A stretch of DNA of 40,199 nucleotides from an uncultured Pseudomonadota bacterium (GCA_964591235.1 CAZPZX010000001.1:1-40199); one strand, 5' to 3'; shown: positions 17,338 to 26,150, counted from the stretch's first letter. Program-made: numbers and translations. The notes: generated from the letters alone by a model not told the origin.

Positions 17338-18132
17338 ATGATTACTTTAGAAATTTGCAGAACATTCTTACAAATACTGCGTCGCGATTTTTATATTTTT
17401 GGAAAACGATTAAAAACCTATGGCATTAATTATTTAATCATCTTTCCCCTATTAGGAATTTTAATTTTTGGGTACATTCAACCGGGTGTGATCTTTGGTG
17501 CAGGAAGCGCTAAGGCAAGTATTATTTTAATGGTGGGTACTTTTGCATTAAATACTGTTCAAATCTGTTTCTCTCTCATATCACCCTTAATGTATGATAT
17601 TGAAGGAGATCGCTACATCGACTATCAGATGGGCTTACTACCACCGCGCTTATTGTTTTTTGAATTGATTTTATTCCCTGCTATTTTTAGTTTCATTATT
17701 GCTATGCCATTTTTCCCGCTAGCACGTATATTATTACCTTCATACTTTTATGCCCTCAATACTTCCTGGACGGGATTACTATTGATGAATGTGGTCTGTT
17801 CTTATTTTTTTGCATCATACGTCATGATGGTAATGTGTTTTATTAAAAAGTCATTTAATGTACGTTACTTTTGGATCCGGATTAATTGGCCTTTAGTAGT
17901 ATTGGGTGGTTTCTGGGTTCCCTGGGCATTGTTGCACTCACGATTTAAGATATATTCCTGGTTAGCACTATTAGATCCTTATACGTATATCACGGAAGGA
18001 TTGCGCTCAACGTTAGTAGGTAATGATCAATTTATTTCTTATAAAATCTGTTTAGTAGTACTGATAGCCTTTTGTATACTGTTTAATGTACTTGGACTGC
18101 ATTATTTCAAAAGAAAGCTGGATCACATTTAA
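17338..18132 (+). CDS. ABC-2 type permease, subunit 2 (paralog of subunit 1)
   Basis: About 6 TM segments are visible and AGGA lies upstream. The motifs MYDIEGDRYIDYQMGLLP, DPYTYITEGLRS and C-terminal KRKLDHI parallel those of subunit 1. Confidence 0.7.
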   Translation: MITLEICRTFLQILRRDFYIFGKRLKTYGINYLIIFPLLGILIFGYIQPGVIFGAGSAKASIILMVGTFALNTVQICFSLISPLMYDIEGDRYIDYQMGLLPPRLLFFELILFPAIFSFIIAMPFFPLARILLPSYFYALNTSWTGLLLMNVVCSYFFASYVMMVMCFIKKSFNVRYFWIRINWPLVVLGGFWVPWALLHSRFKIYSWLALLDPYTYITEGLRSTLVGNDQFISYKICLVVLIAFCILFNVLGLHYFKRKLDHI

Positions 18133-18158
18133 ACAATAATTTTTCAGTAGTACTTGCT

Positions 18159-19163
18159 ATGATTAAAAACTATGTATTGATTATTTTATTTTTTTTCTTT
18201 GCATCCCATACAATGCAAAGACCATTCGAAACTCCTGCTCAACAAGCGGCTGCTCAATTTAAACAACAGATCGATCGAGAATTTAAACCCGAATTGGTCA
18301 AAATTTTAGAAGAGCATCGTCCATTGAGTCTTCTTGCAAGACTTAAAAATTTTTATCACCAAAATCAAGCAATGTTCCCGAGCATGCGTGAACTATGCTC
18401 ATCATTTATGCTCACACTCAAATATCCAGGGGCCGCGCTCGGATCGAAAATTACTGAACTGGCACCATCAGAAGTCGAACAAGCATGGCACAAAGAGTGG
18501 GCACTTGCAGTTTTTGAAAGTGATTTACTAAAAACTAAAGCTACCTTAGACAGACTTAAACAAAGCCTCCATAAAGAAAAAGGCCGTTTTCTTGCAATCG
18601 TAGATCAGCAAGCATTTTATAATTTGGAAAAAGATTTACAAACAAAAGAGCGCTTAGTAAATCATGCCCAAAAAATATTTTCTCAACGCGAACAGTTATC
18701 TTTAATTTATGACAAGCCATTAGAATTATTTGCGAGTAAAGAATACCGTAAAAAATACAATGATGACCTGCGAGAATTATATTCACTGCAAACGATCGAA
18801 ATAGACGCACAGGATATGCATCATGAGAAACTACCCTTATTATTTCAATTGTGCAGTCAAAACCTCTCAAAGCAACTATTCGAGCAGATGCTTCATTTTC
18901 TGACTACAGGAGATCAAAAGCTACTTATTAATAAAGTGTTTAAGACAGAAACAGTGTTAGATTATGTTTTGCGCCATCATTTGACCGACTACGCTGAAAT
19001 AATAAAAAAATATGGTGGCACAAGCAAAAACGTTAAAGACGATCAAAAACCTAAGCCTGCCCTTAAATCATCACTCGATTTTAGTAATAGACCTCAAGAC
19101 TTTGTAAAAAAAAGTGTAAGCTTTTCTGACGATATAGTATTACAAGAAAAAGATTTAGCATGA
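18159..19163 (+). CDS. Secreted helical protein, unknown function
   Basis: The leader is MIKNYVLIILFFFFASHT followed by MQRP. The body is helical and charged. The stop overlaps the trhO start (ATGA). Confidence 0.6.
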   Translation: MIKNYVLIILFFFFASHTMQRPFETPAQQAAAQFKQQIDREFKPELVKILEEHRPLSLLARLKNFYHQNQAMFPSMRELCSSFMLTLKYPGAALGSKITELAPSEVEQAWHKEWALAVFESDLLKTKATLDRLKQSLHKEKGRFLAIVDQQAFYNLEKDLQTKERLVNHAQKIFSQREQLSLIYDKPLELFASKEYRKKYNDDLRELYSLQTIEIDAQDMHHEKLPLLFQLCSQNLSKQLFEQMLHFLTTGDQKLLINKVFKTETVLDYVLRHHLTDYAEIIKKYGGTSKNVKDDQKPKPALKSSLDFSNRPQDFVKKSVSFSDDIVLQEKDLA

Positions 19164-20077
19164 AGACAATAATTTTATTTTACAAATACATTCATATCCA
19201 ATATCCCCATGCCATCATGAAATGGCAAAAAGAGTTATGCACGTCTTTAAATCTCAAGGGTCGTGTTTTACTTGCTCATGAAGGAATTAATGGCACTTTA
19301 GGCGGCGATCATGATGCGATTCAAAAATATAAAGCAGCAATGGATGCTCATGAATTATTTGGGCACATCGATTTTAAAGAAACCAAAAATACAGGTGACC
19401 ATTTTCCGCGTATGCGGATTGTTGTTCGTCCTGAAATTGTTAATACAGGATTGCCTGCAGGCGTCGCTCCTGCATCAGAAGCAGGCACTCGTTTAGCACC
19501 ATCACAAGCACATGCCTTGATGCAAGCAAAGCCTGACAATTTAGTAATTATTGATTGTAGAAATCCTTATGAATCTGCAATTGGCACCGTTCCTGGCGCA
19601 TGGCGCCCTGATGTACCCTATTTTAGAGATTTTCCTTCATATATCGATAAACATTTAGAAGAATTAAAAGATAAACAAGTATTAATGTATTGCACCGGCG
19701 GTGTACGGTGCGAGCGTGCATCAGCATATGTTAAATCTAAAAATGTTGCGCGAAACGTGTACCACATTGAAGGCGGCATTCATCGTTATGTCGAGCAGTT
19801 TCCTGATGGTTTTTTTAGAGGGAAAAACTATGTTTTTGATGGACGCACTGCAACTAAAGTAAATGATGATATTTTAGGATCATGTTATATTTGCAACGTA
19901 GCATGCGATGATTATAACAATTGTTTGCGCGCCGCATGTAATCGTCATTTTATTTGCTGCCCTGAATGTTTGCAAAAATACAGTTATACCTGTAGCGCTC
20001 TCTGTGCCGACCTGATTATTAATCACAATGCAACTAAACGACCGCATTCATTCCTGAGTAACAGCAATAAGCTTTAA
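19160..20077 (+). CDS. trhO: Rhodanese-domain tRNA uridine(34) hydroxylase (UPF0176/YceA family)
   Basis: The N-terminus reads ..LFYKY..LKGRVLLAHEGINGTLGG... The rhodanese active-site loop is CTGGVRCE, and the C-terminal tail is Cys-rich. Confidence 0.8.
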   Translation: MKTIILFYKYIHIQYPHAIMKWQKELCTSLNLKGRVLLAHEGINGTLGGDHDAIQKYKAAMDAHELFGHIDFKETKNTGDHFPRMRIVVRPEIVNTGLPAGVAPASEAGTRLAPSQAHALMQAKPDNLVIIDCRNPYESAIGTVPGAWRPDVPYFRDFPSYIDKHLEELKDKQVLMYCTGGVRCERASAYVKSKNVARNVYHIEGGIHRYVEQFPDGFFRGKNYVFDGRTATKVNDDILGSCYICNVACDDYNNCLRAACNRHFICCPECLQKYSYTCSALCADLIINHNATKRPHSFLSNSNKL

Positions 20078-20208
20078 ATCTTATACATATTCCTTTATGA
20101 GTAAAAAACTCATACAAAAAAATGGCTGGGATTTTTTCTTATTCAATAAAACGCATTCTGTTATACTTTGTATCGCTTATAAAATACGCAACTTACACAA
20201 AGGACTCT

Positions 20209-21168
20209 ATGCGCACGGGAATTTCGATTGATCATCAATCATTAATACAAACTAATATTCCTCTTCATGATAAGAATTGGTTTGCAACGGGTGGGCTAGC
20301 GCGTTATTTTGCAGAACCAACTACTGCGCAAGAATTTCAATCTGCTTTGCACTTTGCACAAGAAAATAATCTTCCGGTGTTTATATTAGGCCAGGGCGCT
20401 AATATTTTAATTAGTGATGAGGGTTTTGATGGATTGGTAATTCGGCCTATGATCAATCATTTAATCATCGATCATGATAAAAAAACGGTAACTGCTGGCG
20501 CGGGCGTATCAATGCATGATTTGATTCTCTTTTGCCTTAATAATCATTACACCAATCTTGAAGAATTTAGTGGAATACCGGGTAGTGTCGGTGGATCGAT
20601 TTATATTAATTTGCATTATTATGAATTTTTACTGGCACAATTTCTAATTTCAGCAACGGTAATTAATCGCTCTAGCGGGACAATTGAAATAGTTTCACCC
20701 AGTTGGTTTAATTTTGGATATGATGAATCAAACCTACAAGATGAAAAATATTATTTAATTGATGCAACATTTGCAATAAAACCGGCAACTGAATTAGAAA
20801 TTGCCTATGCGCGCGGCCGCCGCATTGAAATCATACGCCATCGCGAAAAAAGATACCCGACTAAAAACACCTGTGGAAGTTTTTTTAGAAATTTTCATGA
20901 TCATGAAGTTACTTTAATCAGTAATGGTAAAAAAATGATTTTTGTTGCCTACTATCTTGATAAATTAGGAGTAAAAGGAGCATTGCGCGTAGGAGATGCC
21001 GTTGTTTCTCATCAACATGCAAATATGATCGTGCATTCAGGAAAAGCAACCAGCAGCGATATTATTAATTTAGTGCGCACGATGCAAGAGATGGTACAAA
21101 AAGAATTTGGTATTACACCTCAGCCAGAATGCCGCTTAGTAGGATTTAAAGATTATCCATTATTATAG
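20209..21168 (+). CDS. murB: UDP-N-acetylenolpyruvoylglucosamine reductase
   Basis: The FAD-binding region ..FATGGLARYF..LPVFILGQGANILISDEGFDGLVIR.. is present, as is ..CGSFFRN... ATG at 20209 follows AAGGA. Confidence 0.85.
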   Translation: MRTGISIDHQSLIQTNIPLHDKNWFATGGLARYFAEPTTAQEFQSALHFAQENNLPVFILGQGANILISDEGFDGLVIRPMINHLIIDHDKKTVTAGAGVSMHDLILFCLNNHYTNLEEFSGIPGSVGGSIYINLHYYEFLLAQFLISATVINRSSGTIEIVSPSWFNFGYDESNLQDEKYYLIDATFAIKPATELEIAYARGRRIEIIRHREKRYPTKNTCGSFFRNFHDHEVTLISNGKKMIFVAYYLDKLGVKGALRVGDAVVSHQHANMIVHSGKATSSDIINLVRTMQEMVQKEFGITPQPECRLVGFKDYPLL

Positions 21169-21449
21169 CTTTTAGGCGGAACATAGATTGACCATTCTTT
21201 GCCCATATAGGTAATCATATAAAAATGAGCCCGCTTATAGAGCGGGCATTGATTTAAATTTTTTAAATGATCATCTAAAATTACTGCATAATTATCATCA
21301 CAGCCAAGACCAGCAGTAACCTTCTTTGCAATTGCGCTCCGAATGGTGGCCGCTATTTCAGCTTCATTGTGCATTCCACTCATTAATGAAGACTGCATCA
21401 CAATAAAAAAAAATAAACGTTTGTAATTCGGCTTTATTAAGATACACAT
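21153..21449 (-). CDS. Small secreted protein, unknown function
   Basis: The 98-aa product has the leader ..RLFFFIVMQSSLMSG followed by MHNE. Its start lies 2 nt after the upstream stop. Its 3' end overlaps murB by 16 nt. Confidence 0.5.
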   Translation of the reverse strand: MCILIKPNYKRLFFFIVMQSSLMSGMHNEAEIAATIRSAIAKKVTAGLGCDDNYAVILDDHLKNLNQCPLYKRAHFYMITYMGKEWSIYVPPKSYNNG

Positions 21450-21451
21450 TT

Positions 21452-21829
21452 TTACTTGACATAGTTGATAGAAATCACCGCAAGCTCTCTTGATTTATTT
21501 GCTCCGTCTATGCAATTAATAAAATCTTGTCTCTGTCTGTTTAATTCATCAATAAAGTTTACAAAATATGCGTTAAATCGACAATTTCCCGATGTAGATA
21601 CTTTTTTGACTGAAACATTCTGCCCATATCTTGCTTGTATTACATCTTTATCAGGTTCTGGAATTTCGCTTTCTTGCAGCCATGCTTGAGTTACAGATTG
21701 AAGAGCAATTTTTCTTTTTTGAGCATTTATTTCTCGCGCTCTTTCACACTCTTTCTCTAGTTTTTGGGTAAAATCCATTGACGATAATAAATGAGGACTG
21801 AGCACTAATAAAAATAAGTATTTTTTCAT
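21452..21829 (-). CDS. Small secreted protein, unknown function
   Basis: ATG at 21829 begins the leader MKKYLFLLVLSPHLLSS, followed by MDFT. The mature part has three Cys. Confidence 0.55.
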   Translation of the reverse strand: MKKYLFLLVLSPHLLSSMDFTQKLEKECERAREINAQKRKIALQSVTQAWLQESEIPEPDKDVIQARYGQNVSVKKVSTSGNCRFNAYFVNFIDELNRQRQDFINCIDGANKSRELAVISINYVK

Positions 21830-21852
21830 AGATATGATTACTTTCACAATAG

Positions 21853-22761
21853 TTACGGAACATAGGTTTCAATTTCAACTAATGCATCATTCTCTACTTT
21901 ATAGACTTCCCACTTTTTACTTAGCGAACATTGTACCTGAATATTTTCGTTTTCCCAACGGATAGCATCAATTCCATTAACACACTCTTTAGTTACTAAT
22001 TGCGACCATACATATCCTTGCGGCAACCATGAGCGTCTATTGCCGGGGACATTTTGTGCTTGCAAATATGATCCTGTTCTTTTTTGAGATGATTGCAATG
22101 CCAAGTAAGCTCGACAAGCAGCAATGCATGGATTCTTTTTGCGAATGTCATCGAAAGAATCCTGTAAATATTTTACTGCCAAATGAGTCCCTGCAGGATG
22201 AGGAATTATCTCGGTAATTTTACCTTTCATTTCGCCAAAACTATTTATAACATGACTAGAAGCATCAGCAATTAATAATCGGCCCTTGAGTTCACCCAAT
22301 AAAATGCGTGGACCTTCAGCTCCTTTAAGACGTGTTACCTTCATACTGGCAATTGCCGGCTGTGAATGATCAGTTTGTTCAACTTTGCCGGTTAAATTTA
22401 GGAAGTTTATTACTTTATAACGTCCGGCATCCTTATCAAACGCGACAACAAATACTTTATTATCTGCACATACATAACCATTATCCTCAAATATATCTAC
22501 CAAGGCTGCATTTATTTCTTGTTCGATCGCTACCGGCGGTAATGCAACAACGCCCGGGGTAGATGACTTAAAGTAATTGCTGCTTTTAATGACTTCTTTA
22601 AGAGACTCTTGCTGTTGTTTAATATATGAGCCTTCCTTTTTGGTGACATATTCTTTGACAACCTCTTTTGCCTCTTCGACAGTCAATTTCTGCCCTGGTT
22701 TATCCATGGTAACAATCGATGAACTGGCAACTAAACAAACTAAGATTAGGCGCGTAATCAT
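21853..22761 (-). CDS. Secreted protein, unknown function
   Basis: GGGGAG lies upstream of the ATG at 22761. The leader is MITRLILVCLVASSSIVT followed by MDKP. The product is about 300 aa. Confidence 0.6.
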   Translation of the reverse strand: MITRLILVCLVASSSIVTMDKPGQKLTVEEAKEVVKEYVTKKEGSYIKQQQESLKEVIKSSNYFKSSTPGVVALPPVAIEQEINAALVDIFEDNGYVCADNKVFVVAFDKDAGRYKVINFLNLTGKVEQTDHSQPAIASMKVTRLKGAEGPRILLGELKGRLLIADASSHVINSFGEMKGKITEIIPHPAGTHLAVKYLQDSFDDIRKKNPCIAACRAYLALQSSQKRTGSYLQAQNVPGNRRSWLPQGYVWSQLVTKECVNGIDAIRWENENIQVQCSLSKKWEVYKVENDALVEIETYVP

Positions 22762-22846
22762 CTGACATCTCCCCTTTAAAAAAATATTCGATAAAATAAG
22801 CATTAGTAGTATGATAATCGATAATCAGAATATACAAGAGTTTTTC

Positions 22847-23506
22847 ATGAATGAGTTATTATTTCTATTTCACTTGATCTGCATTAGCTTTACCACTTAC
22901 GCGATGGTAAAATTTGGCAGCCAAGCCTTGGTATCTTTTTTATGCGTTCAAGCAATTATTGCAAATTTATTTGTCATAAAACAAATCAGTCTATTGGGAT
23001 TAAATGCTACTGCATCAGATGTGTATATCGTTGGTTCAGTTTTGTGTTTGAATATGATTCAAGAATTTCATGGCAAAGATTTGGCACGCAAAGCAATATG
23101 GATTAGCTTTGCGTTGCTGGTATTTTATACCATCGTTTCGCAAATTCATATCGCTTATATTCCTAGCCAATTCGATTTTTCAAACGATTGGTATCAATCA
23201 TTACTATCTTTTATGCCACGTATCACTTCTGCTTCGATTCTAGTCTACTTGGCAGTTCAATACTTTGACACATTTTTTTATGGCTTACTTAAAAAGATAT
23301 GGCCAAAAGAACATCTTGTTATACGCAACATGATTAGTATTACCGTTTCTCAAGCCCTAGATACCGTCTTATTTAGCATTTTAGGGCTTTATGGGATTAT
23401 CCATAATCTCGCTCAAATTATGATCGTAAGCTTTACGATTAAGATGGCTACTATGATCTTGCTGTTGCCGGTACTCTCGTATATCCAGAAGGACACACAG
23501 GGGTAG
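22847..23506 (+). CDS. yhhQ: YhhQ/VUT-family queuosine-precursor transporter
   Basis: ATG is at 22847. The protein is polytopic with about 6 TM segments, and ..ISITVSQALDTVLFSILG.. is typical of DUF165/YhhQ. Confidence 0.7.
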   Translation: MNELLFLFHLICISFTTYAMVKFGSQALVSFLCVQAIIANLFVIKQISLLGLNATASDVYIVGSVLCLNMIQEFHGKDLARKAIWISFALLVFYTIVSQIHIAYIPSQFDFSNDWYQSLLSFMPRITSASILVYLAVQYFDTFFYGLLKKIWPKEHLVIRNMISITVSQALDTVLFSILGLYGIIHNLAQIMIVSFTIKMATMILLLPVLSYIQKDTQG

Positions 23507-24086
23507 CTTTTGATGCGCTGTTATCCTTAAAAACAGGAACCGCCTCCACTGATGATCGCTCCATTTTTTCTCCATCAACAATAACGGTCAATTGAATAGA
23601 TTCAATTTCTTTTTTCTTGCTTGCTGCTAACTGACTTAAATTGATAAAAATCTCTTTTATTTCAGGGCGAGCAACATTGGCACCAGCAATATAACGCATA
23701 AAATGAATATACAAATGTTTACCGCCAACTAAGCTATAATTTAATTTTAAAATTTTAGTGTTGTCTGCTGAAGCTTTTAAGAAATAATCTTTAAGCTCAT
23801 TTAATACAATATTAACTTGTTCTTTATTCTTTACTTCTTTTAAACGTTCTTCAGGAATATATTGAAAATATTTTTCGCCAGTTCTGATTTTTCCCGAACT
23901 AACTTCTATTTGTGGTTTATACATTTCAGGAGACGTTTCATTTCTTTTATTGTATACCGTGTTTAAAACAACGCACGGACGATGTTCAGGCTTCTCCTCT
24001 GGCTCAGAGGCATCAACGTACTCATATTTATGCGCAGCAGACAAAGAAATTGGTAATAATATCACCAGCAAAATTCTTTTAAACAT
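23451..24086 (-). CDS. Secreted protein, unknown function
   Basis: GGAG lies 7 nt upstream of the ATG at 24086. The leader is MFKRILLVILLPISLSA. Its 3' end overlaps yhhQ by 56 nt. Confidence 0.55.
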   Translation of the reverse strand: MFKRILLVILLPISLSAAHKYEYVDASEPEEKPEHRPCVVLNTVYNKRNETSPEMYKPQIEVSSGKIRTGEKYFQYIPEERLKEVKNKEQVNIVLNELKDYFLKASADNTKILKLNYSLVGGKHLYIHFMRYIAGANVARPEIKEIFINLSQLAASKKKEIESIQLTVIVDGEKMERSSVEAVPVFKDNSASKATPVCPSGYTRVPATARS

Positions 24087-24104
24087 GAGAATCTCCATAT
24101 AGTT

Positions 24105-24133
24105 TTTATATCTTTTTGTATTAATGATAACAA
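24105..24133 (-). promoter_or_regulatory. Candidate sigma70-type promoter for the 23451..24086 gene
   Basis: The minus strand reads TTGTTA (24133-24128), N17, TATAAA (24110-24105). This would give a very short leader. Confidence 0.35.
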
Positions 24134-24135
24134 GT

Positions 24136-24167
24136 AAGGCCTCTAGAATCTACATTCTAAAGGCCTT
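24136..24167. repeat. 14-bp inverted repeat (AAGGCCTCTAGAAT / ATTCTAAAGGCCTT)
   Basis: The arms run 24136-24149 and 24154-24167, with one mismatch and a 4-nt loop. There is no adjacent T-run. It lies immediately upstream of the candidate -35. Confidence 0.5.
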
Positions 24168-24295
24168 AATATCTCTTTACTCGGATAGATCAACGAATTA
24201 CTGAGTTAATTCTCAACTAAATCCTTCAAGATGCATTTATGAAGAATAAATATTTAAGATCCGCATCTTTTACATACATAACTAAATTGATTTGA

Positions 24296-24323
24296 AAAGG
24301 CGATAGAATCATCTATCGCCTTT
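24296..24323 (-). terminator. Intrinsic terminator after the 24342..24935 gene
   Basis: An 11-bp stem AAAGGCGATAG / CTATCGCCTTT has a 6-nt loop. The minus strand continues TTTTCAAATCAATTT. Confidence 0.55.
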
Positions 24324-24341
24324 ATTATTTTACTTAATTAA

Positions 24342-24935
24342 TTACAGTAACGAGGTAATTAAACCTGGTACTTCTTTAAGTTGCGGTACGATTTGACCTA
24401 ACAATGCTTTAGCCGCACCATCGGGCAATTTGTTAACTAAATTTACTAACTGGTTCACGATATCAGTAAATCCAACTTGGTTTAATGAGGCTACTAAGTT
24501 ATTTTTGATAACTGCACGCGCACTCGTTTTAGTATTATGTAATGTCTTAATATTACTTATCGCATCAGTAACGGCACCAAACAGCGTAGGACCGGTTGAA
24601 GTCGCTAAGGTAATACCATCCATAAATCCAAAACCACGATTAGCTATCGCTGTAGAAACAGCAGGAATCAGGTTGGATCTGATAGTATTAGAAATCGTAG
24701 TAATATTACCAACTAATTTGTCATAAGCTGCTTGTTGATCTGCAGTAAGACCAGTTGGTTTAGCAACAGTTTGTCCGCCAGCCTTAATTTTTTGCGCTGC
24801 TAGGTAATCTTGAGCAGCTTTTGATAGCGCATCACGTTCAGCTATGCCAGGTGCTACTTCAGTCATAGCTACGACAGGTGTTGAGAGTTGGGCCGCCATC
24901 AGTCCCGCCAATAATAAACCTAATTTTAACTTCAT
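24342..24935 (-). CDS. Secreted helical protein, unknown function
   Basis: GGAG lies upstream of the ATG at 24935. The leader is MKLKLGLLLAGLMAAQLSTPVVA followed by MTEV. The body is rich in Ala, Leu, Asn and Thr. Confidence 0.6.
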   Translation of the reverse strand: MKLKLGLLLAGLMAAQLSTPVVAMTEVAPGIAERDALSKAAQDYLAAQKIKAGGQTVAKPTGLTADQQAAYDKLVGNITTISNTIRSNLIPAVSTAIANRGFGFMDGITLATSTGPTLFGAVTDAISNIKTLHNTKTSARAVIKNNLVASLNQVGFTDIVNQLVNLVNKLPDGAAKALLGQIVPQLKEVPGLITSLL

Positions 24936-24978
24936 TTTTTTCTCCTTTTTCTCTATAAACTTTTCTATCTGCAATTTT

Positions 24979-25008
24979 ATTATATAATATAAAATGCTCT
25001 ACTTTCAA
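24979..25008 (-). promoter_or_regulatory. Candidate sigma70-type promoter for the 24342..24935 gene
   Basis: The minus strand reads TTGAAA (25008-25003), N18, TATAAT (24984-24979). Confidence 0.5.
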
Positions 25009-25058
25009 TAGTTATTGACTATTTGTATTGTCATGGTTAAATACCAGCTACGAATTGC

Positions 25059-25091
25059 AAAAAACCTAAAGGGGGCTTTAACCCCCTTTTT
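25059..25091 (-). terminator. Intrinsic terminator after the 25104..26027 gene
   Basis: The stem AAAGGGGG / CCCCCTTT runs 25068-25075 / 25082-25089. The minus strand continues AGGTTTTTT. A T-run on the plus side could make it bidirectional. Confidence 0.65.
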
Positions 25092-25103
25092 GATATTTCG
25101 ATT

Positions 25104-26027
25104 TTACTTGATATTAAACTGTGCTTTTAAGAAGCGAGTCACATCAATCAAGCTTTTAGCTTCTGACGATAGTGGCTCGGGGAGCTTATCTAATTGAGCC
25201 TGGAGGTTATTAATGGCAGTAGTAAACGCTGCTGATGTTAATACAGGTGTTACTTTTTCTTTAGCTACCTGTTTTGTTGCTGCATCAGTTTGATTTAATT
25301 TCTCAACATCCTTTCTAATCTTATTTGTTAGAAGTAATGCTTCTCCCCCTCTGACAGCAGTCCAGAATCCTGTTTTAATGAATTTTGGATCTAAATATTG
25401 ACTGACATCACCACTTCTAACCGTGCCTGCTACAGCCGGAATTTTGTCATTCAATGAGTTGATTTTAACTCCCAATTCAGTCAATTTAGCGACTAAATGA
25501 TCAACCAACTGTTGATTAGCTGTTGATAAAACAACTGCTGCTGCAGCTGCTTTTTTAGCGGGAGGTGTTGGTAATGGCTTGTTATATCGGATAACTGGTT
25601 GAGCTGCGGCAGGCGCTACCGTAGCTTGATCAACTTGAATTACACCATAATCTTTGGTTCGTTTGGCATCTAGATTAGGGTAGGTTGGCGCAGGTGTCGC
25701 TGCAGGAGCTGCTGAAAGTGCTGCTCGCACCTGACTCCAATCGGGAACTCCGCTGTCATTCCAATCAATATGCATACCACCCATGTCTTTTGCTCGTTTT
25801 GGATCAATATTGGTATACTGTACTGCCTGAGCTGGTACTGGCTGAGCAGCTGCTGGTTTTGCAGATAATGCTGCACGTTGTTGACTCCAGTCAGGTACTC
25901 CACTATCATCCCAATTAATGTTCATTGTTCCAGTGTCTTTTCCGCGCTTTAAACCAGCATCATCCATAGCACATGCTTGAGCCCCTAATACAAGGCCTAA
26001 AATAACTGATAATTGCAATTTCTTCAT
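25104..26027 (-). CDS. Secreted protein with N-terminal tandem repeats and helical C-terminal domain
   Basis: AAGGAG lies upstream. The leader is MKKLQLSVILGLVLGAQACA followed by MDDA. It has two and a half repeats of KR.KD.G.M.I.W.DSGVPDWSQ.RAALSA.PAA. Confidence 0.65.
   Translation of the reverse strand: MKKLQLSVILGLVLGAQACAMDDAGLKRGKDTGTMNINWDDSGVPDWSQQRAALSAKPAAAQPVPAQAVQYTNIDPKRAKDMGGMHIDWNDSGVPDWSQVRAALSAAPAATPAPTYPNLDAKRTKDYGVIQVDQATVAPAAAQPVIRYNKPLPTPPAKKAAAAAVVLSTANQQLVDHLVAKLTELGVKINSLNDKIPAVAGTVRSGDVSQYLDPKFIKTGFWTAVRGGEALLLTNKIRKDVEKLNQTDAATKQVAKEKVTPVLTSAAFTTAINNLQAQLDKLPEPLSSEAKSLIDVTRFLKAQFNIK
25665..25949 (-). repeat. In-frame diverged tandem duplication (about 45-50 aa units) inside the CDS
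   Basis: Residues K27-P76 and K77-A121 align (..MNINWDDSGVPDWSQQRAALSA.. against ..MHIDWNDSGVPDWSQVRAALSA..). A third, partial unit follows. Confidence 0.6.
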
Positions 26028-26048
26028 AAATATCTCCTTTTCACTTTA

Positions 26049-26078
26049 AGTTTAATGTAAGAAATGGCTAATTATCAA
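26049..26078 (-). promoter_or_regulatory. Candidate promoter for the 25104..26027 gene
   Basis: The minus strand reads TTGATA (26078-26073), N18, TAAACT (26054-26049). Confidence 0.3.
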
Positions 26079-26122
26079 TGGTTTTGCCAATATATATTGC
26101 CTATATGAAATACTATTGAAAA

Positions 26123-26150
26123 TTGATATATATTTTCATTAGACTAAAAT
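26123..26150 (+). promoter_or_regulatory. Candidate sigma70-type promoter for the ankyrin gene at 26186
   Basis: The plus strand reads TTGATA (26123-26128), N16, TAAAAT (26145-26150). Confidence 0.45.

Noticed and set aside
20096-20114. A hairpin TATGAGT-aaaaa-ACTCATA lies after trhO and might be a terminator.
   Set aside because: The stem is a 7-bp AT-rich one followed by an A-run, with no T-run on the coding strand. That is not convincing.
22762-22846. I checked for a preQ1 riboswitch upstream of yhhQ, prompted by CUCCCCUUUAAAAAAAU.
   Set aside because: No complementary 5' arm is available to form P1. The C-rich stretch is simply the complement of the divergent gene's GGGGAG Shine-Dalgarno. 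The whole spacer is only 85 nt.
25670-25918. Nested or antisense ORFs lie inside the repeat protein gene. Similar nested ORFs occur at 1219-1401, 4143-4343, 9324-9599, 13228-13425, 13833-14084, 22029-22765, 27057-27968, 32298-32756, 34821-35876 and 39364-39576.
   Set aside because: All lie within longer ORFs that have recognisable products or leaders. None has a ribosome-binding site. They are expected by chance in frames opposite real genes.
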